Origin: the human T2T-CHM13v2.0 reference genome, Homo sapiens
Direction: 5' to 3' (one strand)
NCBI RefSeq assembly: GCF_009914755.1
Contig: NC_060936.1
DNA: 64,000 nucleotides
Below are positions 30,446 to 54,160 of the stretch, piece by piece. The position numbers were made by a program, and so were the translations under genes. Positions within the stretch are counted from its first letter, which is position 1, and every line of letters begins with the position of its first letter. The notes under the pieces were generated by a model that saw only the letters and a list, made by a program, of their open reading frames with translations, was not told the DNA's origin and ran no database searches.

Positions 30446-31153
30446 GATTACCGAGAAATCCTTAGGAAATAATTTAAATGGGAGAAGCAGCAATTAATAT
30501 GTTTTTCTAAACTAGAAATAAAGGGTTGAAGCAGAAACATAATATGAAGAGGCACTGGGAGGAATCGGGAGGTAGGAGGCAGAGTCTGAGGCAGAGCTTG
30601 GGTACCTGCAGAACTGCAGAAAAGGACTAAGAGGTAGATTCTGGGGCTACCAAAGGGCAAGACACCCAGGATTGGGTCTGAAGATGGTTAATATGTGGGT
30701 CAAACCTAAAGCAACCCTCTGTTAAGGCACGATGATATATAAGTCGTGGCAAGCAAATGTTGAGTACTTAACTATTTATGGAATTTACCTGGTTTGAGTG
30801 TAGTCTGTGTTCCCCATCTGCATCCACCATAGTAATTGAAAGCCTTAGGTTATATAAATTTAGCACCTACATGTCAAGCGCGGCGATGGGTACTTCTCAT
30901 CCATTCTTTCTGAACCTTAATCTTTCAAGATGGGTACTGTTATTATCCAGTTTCTATAGGTGGGAATATGAAGTTCAGTGAGCTTCAATATCTCACCCAG
31001 GGCCACAGAGCTAATAAGCGATATAGTGTGTCAACTGACTTCTCACCCTTGTGGCTCCCGCGGCTGAGGTAGGCTGGATGGGGATGGGGCTAGGAATGAC
31101 GTATGAGTGGGCTGAGGCCTGTGGATGCTGTGGGGAACTGTGATGAGGTGAGG

Positions 31154-31510
31154 CAGGGCTGATCCAGGCTTCGTGGGGCTGAAGCTTTTACAATTTGGCA
31201 GGAGGGTGCTTTAATAAAAAACATGCTAAATTAGGTACAAAAGTACCTATTTAGGTACTTATTTAGGATGAGACAATAAATCACAAACAAATTATTGATG
31301 CTTTGGGGAACCAGAATCCTTTTTCCTAATACCCTTTTAGGCAATTTACCAAAATTGCTCATGCAGAAATGCTTTGTGATTGCAGCCTGGCTTCCCCTCT
31401 CCACCTAGACCCCTTCACAGCTCCCAGCAACTTTCAACACTCCTAGGGGCCTTGAAAGTGAGGGGCCGTGAAGCTGAAGTTTCATTAGCTTCACTGTGAG
31501 TCCACACTTG
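31154..31510. mobile_element. hAT-Tip100-like non-autonomous DNA transposon
   Basis: Termini 'cagggctgatccaggcttcgtggggctgaagctt' and 'aagctgaagtttcattagcttcactgtgagtccacacttg'; flanks aggtgagg/aggtgact. Family uncertain. Confidence 0.6.
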
Positions 31511-31898
31511 GAGGTGACTGAGGAATGTGGCAGAGATCAGAAATGGGAGAGAAGGGTTGAGGGGAGGATGTGCATTGCACACACCACCTGATGATGAACA
31601 ATGAAAGGGCTGGGGAGAGAGGGAGAAAAGAACTGATGTCGGTTTTCAGACCTTATTGAAAAATGGTCCCACATCAAAACAGCCGCATGACAATGTGATG
31701 TCCCTCTTTCCACTGTGGCAAGCGCCAGTAGGTGAGCAAATATTGTGCTGAAGAGGCCTGCCTTCCTTGTCTGTGGTGCCAAGGAGGTGTTGGCTTAATG
31801 ATGGGCACACCTGAAACTTTGAGTTTTAAAAATGAAACGGTCTATCAGCAACAAATTTTTTTCTTTTTATTGCAACCACGCATAGCAGAAATAGTTGC

Positions 31899-31952
31899 AT
31901 GTGTGTGCATGTATGTGTGTGTGTGTGTGTGAGAGAGACAGAGAGAGAGAGA
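31899..31952. repeat. (TG)n(AG)n compound microsatellite
   Basis: Directly visible. Confidence 0.9.
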
Positions 31953-32825
31953 AAGATCGTCTATACTGGTGAATATAAGTATTCTCAATATCTTTTTACA
32001 TTTGACCATTTCTCTAAAAAATTAGGATACTTTGAGGAATTAGCTAGGAAGTCTATAACAATTTCCTTTATAAAGAAGACAGTTAAAGAATGTCTAGGCC
32101 AAGAAGCCTGGGCCGTCTCCCTGTAATGCAACCTCCTTCCTTGTTTGTCTGTGAGCTTCATCACAGGCAGCTCCGCAGTGCTCTCCTGGAGACCCGTGTG
32201 TGGAGCCAGGGGCTGTGGGTCTGGCACAGAAGGTGAGTATCCTAGGAGGGAAAGGGATGAACGATAGTCCCCAAGATAAAATGAAGTAAGTGGGGTCAAT
32301 TGCTGCTGCTAAGAAGAAAAAAAGAGGAGGATGGAGGTTAAGTAGAAGTATTTAATTAGTATTGGACACACTTTAATTGCAATTCACGGAAATTTAGTAA
32401 CAAATTCCTTTTGCAGTTTAATACATTTTGCAAATTTTTTTTTTTTTTGCACTAAGATTATTATGGAAGGGTTACTGCTGAACAGTCACTAGCAATTTAG
32501 AGTAAATTGTTCTTTGGATCCCTCCCAGGCCATCACTGAGGAACTTTATTTTTAACTGGGAGGAAAGGTGGAGAGATGGTGGTCACAGCCTGGCCTGAGG
32601 GGCAGGAGGAGTGGGTGCGACTGGGGCCCAAGTTCATTGAATCTTTAGGTGAGGGGCTTGGGTGATAGTTCAATAATTAGTAATTAAAAGAAGACTTAGG
32701 AAGCTTTTGAGGACAAACATTGCCTCATGATGTTTGCTGAGGGATTCCCATTATGGGGGCTAGTGATCGGCCTCACCCACTCTGTGCTTGGAACAGAGCA
32801 AATGGCACAAACATGGGTAGAAAGG

Positions 32826-33734
32826 TGTGATAGGCAGAATAGTGGCCCCCCAAAGATGTCCAAGCCCTAATCCCTGGAATCTGTGAAAATGTTAAATCAC
32901 ATGGTAAAAGAAATTTTGTGGGCTAGGCATAGTGGCTCACTCCTGTAATCCCAGCACTTTGGGAGGCTGAGGCAGGTGGATCACTTGAGGCCAAGAGTTT
33001 GAGATAAGCCTGGCCAACATGGTGAAACCCCGTCTCTATAAAAAATACAAAAATTAGCCCGGCTTGATGGTGCACATCTCTATTCTCAGCTACTCAGGAA
33101 GTTGAAGCAGGAGAATCGCTTGAACCTGGGAGGCAGAGGTTGCAGTGAACTGAGATCATACCACTGCACACCAGCCTGGGTGACAGAGGGAGACTCAGTC
33201 TCAAAAAAAAAAAAAAAAAAAAAGAGACTTTGCAGAGGGAATTAAGATCATGAACTGAAAATAGGAAGATTATCCTAGATTATCCAGATGGGCGTAATGT
33301 GAATCATAAGAGCCTTTAAAAGTGGAGAGAAAGGCAGAAGAATGAGTTAGCGAGGTGAGACAGAAGAAGAGGCAGGAGAGACTCGAAGTGTGGGAAATAC
33401 TTAAAGTCTGGCTTTGAAGATGGAGGAAGGGGCCAGGGGCCACGAACGTGGCAGCCTCGAGAAGCTAGGGGCAGCCAACGACAGTGAGCAAGGACATGGG
33501 ACCTCAGTCTTACAACCATGAGGAGGTGAATTCTGCCTGAAACCCGAAGGAGCAGGGAAATGGACTCTCCCTTAGAACCTCAGGAAGGAAAAGCCACCCT
33601 GCTGACACCTTAAATTTAGCCTGATGAGACCATGAGACCACGTCAGACTTCTGACCTATAGAACTGTAAGATAACACATTTGTTTCAAGTTGCTAAATTT
33701 GTGGTACTTTCTGCAGCAATAGAAAACGAATACA
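32826..33734 (+). mobile_element. MLT1D-like MaLR solo LTR with inserted AluS (~32921-33222)
   Basis: Starts tgtgataggcagaatagtggccccccaaagatgtcc and ends gcagcaatagaaaacgaataca; TSD aaagg. Confidence 0.88.
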
Positions 33735-33765
33735 AAAGGTGGAACACGACTTAATTCCTTATATT

Positions 33766-33931
33766 CATGGTCCTTCACTTTTTGAGGGTCATAGGCCCCT
33801 TTGAGAACCTGGCGAAAGCCAGCGATCTTCTATCTAGAAAAATTCACATCCGCACAAAACTTTGAATACAGCTTTGAGAGATTCATGAATTCACCAGAGC
33901 ACACCTCATGGACCCAGGGTGAAAACATTTG
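33766..33931. mobile_element. MER117-like hAT-Charlie MITE
   Basis: 'ttttgagggtcataggcccctttgagaacctg...catggacccagggtgaaaac'. Confidence 0.7.
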
Positions 33932-34410
33932 CAGATGATAAAAAGGCAAAAGGTATGTTCAGAAGAGACAAGCGGGTAAAATGAGGCTTCCTAGGGATAG
34001 CATTGTTATCTCCCACCAAAGACTCTCATAGTACTCAGGAGAACACTTAGCTGGGTTGCACTGAACAGATTCAATTTTAATAAAATGAATTTCTAGACAC
34101 TGAAGCTGAAAGGCAACCATCTCAGCCTGATCTTTTCCTGATGGACTCCTTGGAATGAGGCCACATTGTTGAGTAGAACAGTCAGTCTTTATGAGATAGC
34201 TACTGATATCTACTGATTTGAGAAAATCACTCTGAAAAATTAAAATGTAAAAATTACTAAGAAGGGGTATTGATTTTATTCCCCTGAAGAGTATGCAGAG
34301 AAAAAGAAATCATAGATAGCATTTTTTAGTAAATTAAATTTACTATAAGTTTGTGACAAGAACTGTTTTGGGGATTATTGATGTTATATAGATCTCCTAT
34401 TTGTTTAGAG

Positions 34411-35006
<596 letters not shown>

Positions 35007-35679
35007 GTTTAGAGAGCAATGAAGTATTGAAATGAAAATCTTGAGGCTTAAACCTTATTTAATAACAACTTACAGAGTATGTGTATTATATATGTGTGTG
35101 TATTATGTAAAATCTCACTAAAATCTCAGAAATCATCACTAAGTTACCACTCTGAAGCTATTTTCACATATATGTATAGATTATATACACATACATATAT
35201 GTATATAATACACACTCACATATATACATATATATATATAAAAGTAGCCTCAGGAGCCAAAGTACTTATGTAGAAAAATGCTTGTCATTTGCTACTCCCT
35301 TTGATCATATACACAGTGACAGTAGTGGCAATAGTGTGTGAAGAAAGAAAAAATTAAAAATCTAAAGATTATTTTTTTAGCAGATTTTAACTTAAGCAGG
35401 TTGACCTAAAGCAATTTATTTGAACTTCTCTGTACATAATAGGCCTTTAATATGGATGTTTATTTTTTGACATTAAAAACATAATTCTAGTATTGGAAAA
35501 GGCCTTACAAATCATTTATTTTTTTAAGTGAGGAAGTACAGATTAGAAGATGGAAAGAAAAGAAAGTATAAAGTTACCTTTTCAGCCTTCCTTATATGGT
35601 GTTTTTTTACATAGGAACCTGAAGTTTCTTCTCTCCTTCAATCACCATTACCACTACCAGTTACTGCTTACTGAGCTAA

Positions 35680-36446
35680 TGCTATGGACAGGAGACAGGG
35701 AAATACTGGGTAGAAGAGGGCAGTTCCCTGGCAAAGGCCCCACTCTCAAGCCCAGATACCCATTGCCCTAAATGAGAACAGGCATTCCTGTTTTTGCACC
35801 CAAAACGTTGCCTTTTGGTCTGCCACGCCTCCCGTCCTGTACCCATATAAACCCCAAACGCCAGGCTCCAGAAGCAGACAAGGAGATGAGCAGATGAATG
35901 ACAGAGAAGGAGAGAAGAGAAGGAGCATTTGAACGCCAAGAGAAGTTCGGCTGGGGTTGAATGGAGAGCAGATTGGCTGCTGGATGGCCAAACTCCAGGG
36001 GAAGATCATCTTCCCACCCCATCCCCCTTTCAGTTCCCCATCCATGCCTCTGAGCGCCATCTCCACCATTCAATAAAACCCCTGCATTCATCCTTCAAGT
36101 CCATGTGTGACCTGATTCTTCCGGGACACTGGACAAGAGCTCAGGATGCAGAAAGCTGCCACACTGGCCCTCTGCCCTTGCAAAAAGGCAGAGGGTCCAC
36201 TGAGCTGGTTAACACTAGCAAGGCTAAAAGCGCACACTGTAACACATGCCTGTTGGGTTCCAAGAGTCACAGGCTCCCAACCCTGGATGCTGCCATGGGG
36301 CCGGAGCCCAGCACCCTGGCTCCTTCACATGTCCATCTGTGTGCTCCCCATCCTGTAAGGGGTTTGATCAGTGGCAGCGACCTAACAGATGAGCCACACC
36401 CCTGTCACATGTCCTGCAAGGGGGGTCAGGGAACTCTCCTATTTCA
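35680..36446 (+). mobile_element. MER50-type ERV1 solo LTR
   Basis: TG...CA ends; 'ggacaggagacagggaaatactgggtagaagagggcagttccc'; TATA-like catataaa and internal AATAAA. Confidence 0.85.
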
Positions 36447-36512
36447 CTACTAATATGTCAGACACTAAAACCATCTTTATTAATCCTGCAACAACTCTGC
36501 AAGGTAGATCTT

Positions 36513-36855
36513 TTAAAAAATTTTTATTTTCATTTCAATTTTTTTTGGGGTACAGATGGCTTTTGGTTATATGGGTAAGTTCTTTAGTGGTGATATCTGA
36601 GATTTTAGTGTACCCATCACTTGAGCAGTGTACACCATACCCAATGTATAGTCTTTTATCTCTCACCCCTCCCAACCTTCTCCCCACAAGTCCCCAAAGT
36701 CTTCCCACGAATTTTCTTATGCCTTTGCGTCCTCACAGCCTAGCTCCCACTTATGAGAACCTATGATATTTGGTTTTCCATTCCTGAGTTACTTCACTTA
36801 GAATAATGACCTCCAGCTCCATCCAAGTTGCTGCAAAATACATCATTTCATTCCT
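36513..36855 (-). mobile_element. 5'-truncated L1PB 3' end
   Basis: Reverse L1PB 3' UTR; TSD ctgcaaggtagatctt / ctgcaaggtaaatctt. Confidence 0.85.
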
Positions 36856-38052
36856 GCAAGGTAAATCTTATTATCTCTATTTAACAGATGAAGACACAGA
36901 CTTAGAGGGGCTATATAACATGCCCAAGCTCATAAAGATCATCAAAGCAGAGCCAAAAGTCAAACGTATTGTTTTTATCCAAAGCCTGTGCTGTTTCCAG
37001 GATAACTATGCAGCCTCCATCAGGCTGGGGAAGGAGAGGACCCAGATGGGCTTGTTGAAGTACCAGTGGGTAATTGGTGAAGTGGCCAAGGGTAGGAGGA
37101 GTGCAGGGTAAGAAAGAAAGAGCAAGGGAAGGAAGTTGAGGTGTGGCATAAGCAGGGAAAGCTGTTGGATGCAGGGTTGGAGTTAGTGGGGGTGGTTTCC
37201 TCCACCCTCCACAGGTCGATGGCTTGAAGGCTAGCCAGGCAGGTGGACTTTGAGGAAGAAGACATGAGTGAGGTGCTTGAGTCCCTTAAAGAGGAGTTGT
37301 GGCTCCTGGCTGGTTCTACAATATTGCTCATTGACAGATGGGCCTTTTCCTGCGTGGGATTCTGAGGATGGTAAGAACAAAGTGAGGGTTAAAGGCGTGT
37401 GCCCACTCTAGTCAGTCAACAGCTTTGAGCTTCTTGAGATTTGCAATGTGCATTCAGTCAGTTCCAAGCAACCTTTGATGTTAGCTGTCTTCTCCTGGCA
37501 CATAGTTCTTGATAATGTTTAGTTTCACATCCATAGGTTTAGCTTTTTCCCTGTTCCTTGGTGTCAGAGTTTCAAAACAGTGAAAATTTTTTCTTACATG
37601 ATGAAAATATGTGAATAAAACAGACACATTTTGCAAGAAAGACAAACACAACACAATACCAGTCTCAAGACACTGACAAGCATAAGGGGTATGTGGGTAT
37701 CTATTTGAGTGGTTATCCCCAGGGCATAATATTTTCACTATATCCTACTGCTGGGGTGGCAGCCAGACTGACTACATGATAGGGGCTGGGTGCTTGCCTT
37801 CTTCTAGGTCCCATACTGTTTCAAAGTATAGTTGAAAAAAAAAAAAAAGAAGGAAAAATTCCAAATAGAGAATCGACATGGTTCTAAATCCACATAATAT
37901 AAACTCATGGATGCAAGCTGCTCATGATTCCACAGACCTTTACCTAAAATTCTTTTGGAAAATGCATCAATTTTAGGATATATAGATAGACATGATGATT
38001 ACAGTTGTATTTTTTTAAAAGTGAGTATTACCAGTAGTTTAAAAAACACTGT

Positions 38053-38680
<628 letters not shown>

Positions 38681-38719
38681 GAACCACTCCCTCCACAAAA
38701 AAACAAACCAAAAACACAA

Positions 38720-41760
<3,041 letters not shown>

Positions 41761-42249
41761 GTTTTTAGGCCAGATTCCATATTTGCCCGTCAAATGGACT
41801 GTCTTTAGTTCCTTTAGTTTGTTATAGGGGTAGCTAAAAAAGTAAAATGCAGCGTAATGCATCTATAATGCCTTTCAGGCTAAAGGTGACAAGCTTCATC
41901 TCTTTTTTAAAGAAAGCAGGATATTTCCCAAGGTACTAACTTTTCCAGATTGCTCTAATCAAACTCATTTGGTTATAAGCCACTCAAGCTAGTTCAAACA
42001 AAGGGTGATAATTGTACTAAGGGGGACCAATTTTCCTGGCATTCGACAAATAGGAGACATACTGGGATTAGGCATCAGACAGACTAGAGCTGGAGAGTGG
42101 CTCTGGATTTAAGCAGAAATATGTGGGCCTCAGCTCCCTGCTTTGGCATTAGTGTGAATAATGATACCTTGCATATTTCTGTGTCCAATGGCAGGCCTAG
42201 GGATTGGTTACCCTTGAGCTAGGTATCTGATTTGATCAGTTGTGATGCT

Positions 42250-42990
42250 CTTGCTAAAAGTAACAAAAAGCCCAATCCAAAGTTATTTAAGCATTTATTA
42301 TCATATATAACAACAATCTAGAGATAGAGCATGTCTTCAGTGACCTCATTACCTGGGGGCCCAGGTGTCTCCCATCTTTCTGCTCTGCCATCCTCAGCAG
42401 GTTGGCTTTTCCACTGAGGCTGGTTTCTTTCATGATTCCAAGTTGGCTGTTATAGCTTCAGGTATTACAGGGGTTGACAACACTGGGAGACTGAAAATGA
42501 ACTGTCCTTCTCTTGTGTCCCATTAAAAAAAAAATTTCTCAAAACAAACAAAAATGGGATACATGTGCAGAACGTTCAAGTGTATTACATAGGTATGCAT
42601 ACATGTGCCATGGTGGTTTGCTGCACCTATTGACCCATTTTCTAAGTTCCCTCCCCTCACCCCTTACCCCATAACAGGTCCTGGTGTGTGTTGTTCCCCT
42701 CTCTGTGTCCATGTGTTCTCAATGTTCAACTCCCACTTATGAGTGAGAACATACGGTGTTTGGTTTTCTGTTCCTATGTGTTCCATTTTTAGGGCAGGGA
42801 AAAATGTCTCCAGAAGGCGTCCAACAAACTTCCCCTTACATCTCATTGGCAGATTAAGCAAGGCAAATGACAGTCATCGTGGTTGACTTAGACTAATCAA
42901 GGTTCATCCTCTTAGGCTGAGAAGGTGCTCAGCCTGTCATAATACATTCGGCTAAGATAACAAAGGAATTTTTCTATTAGGATGGAAAAG
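42250..42990 (-). mobile_element. MLT1-type LTR split by an L1PA 3' fragment (~42525-42785, minus strand)
   Basis: 'ccatctttctgctctgccatcctcagc' and 'ccccttacatctcattggcaga' are MLT1 motifs; 'gatacatgtgcagaacg...cccacttatgagtgagaac' is L1PA. Confidence 0.75.
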
Positions 42991-43699
42991 GAAAATGGGA
43001 GAATGGTATTGAATGCAGTGTTGCACTCCCTGGCCTGATCAGTCATGGTGATGATAAGTGGTTATTTGGTCTAGTAAATTATCTTTTTTTTTTTTTTTTG
43101 AGACAGGGTCCGCTCTGTTGCCCAGGCTGGGGTGCAGTGGCATGATCTCAGCTCACTGTAACCTCTGCTTCCTGGGCTCAAGCGATTCTTCAGCCTCAGC
43201 CTCCTGAGTATTTGAGACTACAGTCATGAACCACCATGCCCGGCTGTTTTTATAGTATTTGTAGAGATGGGGTTTTGCCATGTTGCCCAGGCTAGTCTTG
43301 AACTCCTGAGCAGCTCAAAGCGATTCGTTTGTCAAAGTGCTGGGATTACAGGTCTGAGCTGCTACATCTGGCTAAATTATCCTTTAGGGAAAGAAAATCT
43401 GTGCACAAAACAAATTCTCTTAGAAGATGTGGGCAGGCAGGCAATTATTGGCATCTCAAATATACTAATATTTGCCACATCATAAAACATAATGAAGGTA
43501 ATTATCTGATGGGCATATTATTTTATCTATTTCAAAATACAAAATAGCTTCTTGTTAAATTATACAAATATACAATCCTTTTGAAAAACTTCAGCTATAA
43601 ACAAAGAAAATAATCGCAGTTGTAAAGAGAAGTGAGAAGTATATTTACTACTATGGTATGATCTTTAGGTCTAGATTTAAGTTAAAAAAACCCAAGGAG

Positions 43700-45640
<1,941 letters not shown>

Positions 45641-45689
45641 ACCTATTAAAGAACAAAACAAAAACAAAACAAGACAAAAAATGAAGGAG

Positions 45690-47510
<1,821 letters not shown>

Positions 47511-47529
47511 GTGCATAGTCTGCTGCCAT

Positions 47530-48484
<955 letters not shown>

Positions 48485-49147
48485 CTCCAAGTGACTTTAA
48501 AACATACTAATTGACTATACATCCCTATTGGAATATACCCTAATCAGAAAAAGAATTGCAAAAAAGTCCCCCCAAAACAACAACAAAAAACCCAAACTAT
48601 GTTCAGTGATCATATTGTGGTGGTGCTGTGAAGATTGTTATTCTGAGACTATTCATGATGGGAAAAATAAATAGGTAATTACGGTGGGATTTTAGGCACA
48701 GGGGAAAAGGAGATACAGATGTGAGGTTGATGAAGATAGTCCTGGTTTTGAATTGGATACAGCAATAAAACTCATGTTGTTTTATATCTTTAAAACAACA
48801 ACATTTCCTAGCTCCACCCACTGCAAAGGTCTAGAAACAATGAACTGGTCATGAATGACCCAGTAGGAATAAGCATCCATTCTAGATTGTGGCCTCTAAA
48901 ATACCATTTCCCACTGAGAAGAATTAGGGTTCCTTGGAGACATGCTGATTCCACATCTGAGGCAGGAAATGTTGAAGATGAGTCTAGAACATCTTGCTAT
49001 TTAGAAGGCAAGGAAGCTGTCAAAAACTTTTATAGTCATGTCAAAGAACTCAGAGGTTACTTTGAGAAGATTCCCATTGGCTAAAGATGGGACAATTTCA
49101 ACATCAATGAGAATGATAATTGAAATGGATTAAACACATCAAATATA

Positions 49148-49784
49148 CAGGCTCAGTATGCCTTATCCAAAATGCTTGGGACTAGAAGTGTTTTGGATTT
49201 TGGATTTTTTTTGGATTTTGGAATATTTGCATATACATAATGAGATATCTTAGGGATCGGACCCAAATCTAAACACAAAATTCATTTGTGTTTCAAATAC
49301 AGCTATATACACAGCCTGAAGGTAATTTTACACAATATTTTAAGTAATTTTGTGCATGAAACAAAATTTGTGTAGACTGAACTATCAGAAAGCAAAAGTG
49401 TCACTATCTCAGTCACCGATGTGGACAATCTGTGGTTGTTTGACATCACCATTATTCCTGACTCTGAATTTATATGCTACTGATAAGCAAATATTTTCTT
49501 ACACTTGTTCACACATAAGTGCCTAACAGTAAGAAGTATGACCCACCATTATTAATCCAGTGAAAAACTAATGTGTTCAGGGTAACTAAACAGCACGGTA
49601 GCATCACCAGAACACCTGTGTCAGCTGGTAAACAACAGTGACAGCCAACATGGCTGCTTTCAGTCTCCACTGTGTCCTGTCACGTGTGGTCAGGTGTTGA
49701 ATTTTCCACTTGTGGAATCATGTTGGTGCTCAAAACGTTTCAGATTTTGGAATCTGGATTTTTGGATTAGGAATGCTCAACTTC
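49148..49784. mobile_element. Tigger4/MER46-type TcMar DNA transposon derivative
   Basis: ta|caggctcagtatgccttatccaaaatgcttgggactagaagtgttttgg ... ttggattaggaatgctcaac terminal inverted repeats. Confidence 0.85.
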
Positions 49785-49828
49785 TATTTCAAATTTTTTT
49801 TTTTTGAGACAGGGTTTTGCTCCACTGA

Positions 49829-50146
<318 letters not shown>

Positions 50147-50359
50147 TGATAATTGTTAAATAAAGGGAAAGAATTAAGCATGAATCCTGCCTTTCCCATA
50201 TAAACTGTATTTTAGGGAAACCAAATATATGTCGGAGGGAAGCTTCTTTTTATAAAAGCATTTCAGCAACTATATGGATGACAGAATTAGAATATCACCA
50301 TTTTGTAAACCATAATATACGTAAGTAATGATAATCAATAACTGCTAATAGCACATACA

Positions 50360-50360
<1 letters not shown>

Positions 50361-50395
<35 letters not shown>
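50361..50395. repeat. (CA)n microsatellite
   Basis: Directly visible. Confidence 0.95.
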
Positions 50396-50396
<1 letters not shown>

Positions 50397-50606
50397 AACC
50401 CCAAATAAAAAAGACCACCAACACTAAATTTCGACGGAATGTGGAGCACCTAGGACTTTCTTACATTGCTGGTGGAAATTAAAAATGATACAACCACTTT
50501 GAACTGTTTGACAGTCTCTTTTAAAGTTAACTAATCATTTTCACTTCCAAGTACTTACTGAGAAGAAATTAAAATGCCCACAAAAAGATGTGCATAAGAA
50601 TGTTCA

Positions 50607-50962
<356 letters not shown>

Positions 50963-51236
50963 GTTCATAGCAGCTTGATTCCCAAACTATTATTCCCAAA
51001 CAGTTCAAACTGGAAACACCCCAAATGTCTATGAAAAGGAGAATGGATAAACAAATTATGGTATATTCACATAATGGAATATAACTCAGCAATAAAAAGG
51101 ATGAACTAGTACATTCATATATGCAACAACATGGATACATTTAAAAAACATTTTGTTGAGTTAAAGAAACTAGACATAAAAGACTACATACTGTATTATT
51201 TCATTCATAGGAAGTCTAAGAATAGGCAAAACTATC

Positions 51237-51942
51237 TGCTATGGTTTTTTTTTTTTTTTTTTGAGTCAGAGTCTCACTCTGTTGCCCAGGCTGGAGTGCA
51301 GGGGTACAATCTTGGCTCACTGCAACCTCTGCCTCCTGGGTTCAAGCGATACTTGTGCCTCAGCCTCCTGAGTAGCTGGGACTACAGGTGTGTGCCACCA
51401 CGCCTGGCTAATTTTCGTATTTTTATCAAGGCAGGGATTCCTCATGCTGGCCAGGCTGGTCTTGAACTCCTGACCTCAAGTGATCCACTCTCTTTGGCCT
51501 CCCAGAGTGCTGGAATTACAGGCATGAGCCACTGTGTCTGGCCTGCTATGGTTTAAATGCCTATGTCTCTCCAAAATTCATGTTGAAATTTAATCTCCAT
51601 TGTGGTGTTATTAAGAGGTGGGGCCATTTGTTAAGTGGGTAAGTCATGAGTGCTCTGCCCTTGTGAATGGGATTGGTGCCCTAATAAAAGAGGCTTCAGG
51701 GAGCTGCCTGGTCTTTCCGTCTCTTCTGCCATGTGGGAAAACAGTGCCTCTTCCACCAGGTGAGGATGCAGCAACAAAGCACTACTCTTAGAAGCAGAGA
51801 CAAGCCCTTACCAGACACTGAATCTGCTGGTGCTTTGATCTTGGACTTCCCAGCCTCTGGAACTGTAATAAATAAATTTCTATTATTTATAAATTACCCA
51901 GTGTAGGGTATTTTGTGATAGTGGCATAAATGAACTAAAACA
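51237..51942 (+). mobile_element. MSTC/MSTD-type MaLR LTR with AluS(-) (~51244-51543) inserted at its 5' end
   Basis: tgctatggttt duplicated as the Alu TSD; LTR TSD ctatc; internal aataaa. Confidence 0.88.
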
Positions 51943-52603
51943 CTATCTATGGTGACGGAAATGAGAAAATAGTTGGCTCTGGGCCTGGACAGGAACTGAC
52001 TATAAAGACCCATGAGAGAACTTTCTGGAGTGAAGGAAATATTCTGTATCTTGTTTTTGGAGGAAGCTACATGGCTGCACGCAATTGTGAAAACTAATTG
52101 AGCAGTTACGATCTGTGTATTTTAATTATAACTCAATTAAAAAGTGATAGATTTTATGTGCCTCCTGATGGGTGCACACAAAGTCACTTATGAAATACTA
52201 CCAACAATTTTGAACCTGAATCTGATCAGGCTCCTAGATCTAAACATCAATTTATAGGAAATAGAGGGAATAAAAAACTCTTATTTAATGACACCTTGGG
52301 GATTTGATCTGCAAAACTCAGACTGTGGGAATTATATTGTAGTACTTACACCAAGTAAGGGGCCCCTGTTCCGACCCTCCTCTGGCTGGACCCCTCTACT
52401 TAATATAGAATTAAACATTAATTTTAACCCCAGAGAAAAACACCATCAATACTTTTTCATTTGTATCAACATATATTAATCATTAAAAAAGGAACCATAT
52501 TATGCATATTATTTTACAACTTGTTTTTTAAAAGCAATGCATCTTGGGACATCCTCTTTTGTCAACATACAAGTCTACCTCATTCTTTTTAACATGGTAT
52601 TGA

Positions 52604-52937
<334 letters not shown>

Positions 52938-53844
52938 TAGACATTTTTTTCTTAATTATTACTCTCCCATGAAGTTTCAATACCACATATATACTGTATA
53001 TTTGTTTATGTGCTTTACACATATCTATGCTTTAGAAAAAAAAATTTCCCTCAAGAATCAATTTTCACCTCCTTGTTGCGATGTTGCCACCCCGTGAATT
53101 CATGATATAGGTATTCCATATCCTATTTCATATGTGTACTACTTTTGATATTCCAATACTGCATTATCTATATTTATACATATATTTTGTTTCTGTAGGA
53201 TATATTTCTAGAATTGAAAGGCTGTGTTGTTATTAATATTTAACATTTAATTGATATTGCTAAAGACTGTGCCAATTATATGCCAATCAATGTATATTGA
53301 GAATCTGGCTTCAATTTTTACACTTAAGTCACAAATCCATTTGAAATTTATTCTGGGAATAAGGTAACGATCTAATTATCTTTCTCCTCTAAATCTAGCT
53401 CAATGTACTTATATACTTTACTGGATTAATCTTTTCTTGATGTACCACATATTAAATTTGGTAAGTGCTCTTAGATATATTCAGGCTTTGAATTCTGTTC
53501 CATGACTGTTTATTTATTCCATTACCACTCTATGTTTATTATTCTTGTTTTATGCTTTGTTATATAATACAATTTCCTTTTATGAATTCTATTTTCTTGT
53601 TTTTTTTTTCATGTTTTTTTTTCTCTCAATGAATTTTGGAGTAATTCTGTTTAGTCCCAAACAAGCAAACAACAAAAACAAGCTCTTAAAATACTTTTGG
53701 GATTAATATTGGAATTTTACCAAATTTGCAGATTAACTTAGTGAGACTGTAGAATACTTTTAGAGTACCTTATAGAGTTACATTTAAAATAAGACAGAGA
53801 AAAAAAGAAATGTTGATTTAATGATGTATACTTCTATATTAGAA

Positions 53845-54117
53845 TATTTTGAGCTGTCAATGACAAAAATCCAGGTAAAACCCAAGGTTAAGTATAAAAG
53901 AGAGTTTATTGGCTCATTCAACGGATAAGTCCAGTGGTAAAACTAGTTTTCAGGCATGTCTGGATCTCTGGGTTCAAACAATGTCATCAGGACTTGGTCT
54001 CTCTGTCTTCCAGCTTAGCTTCTTTAGCTTCAATATCAGACAAACCTCCATGTGGTTGCAAAGGTGGCCTGTCTGCTCTGTGTCTGTATGTTCTTTAGCA
54101 CCTGCAATATAACATCA

Positions 54118-54160
<43 letters not shown>

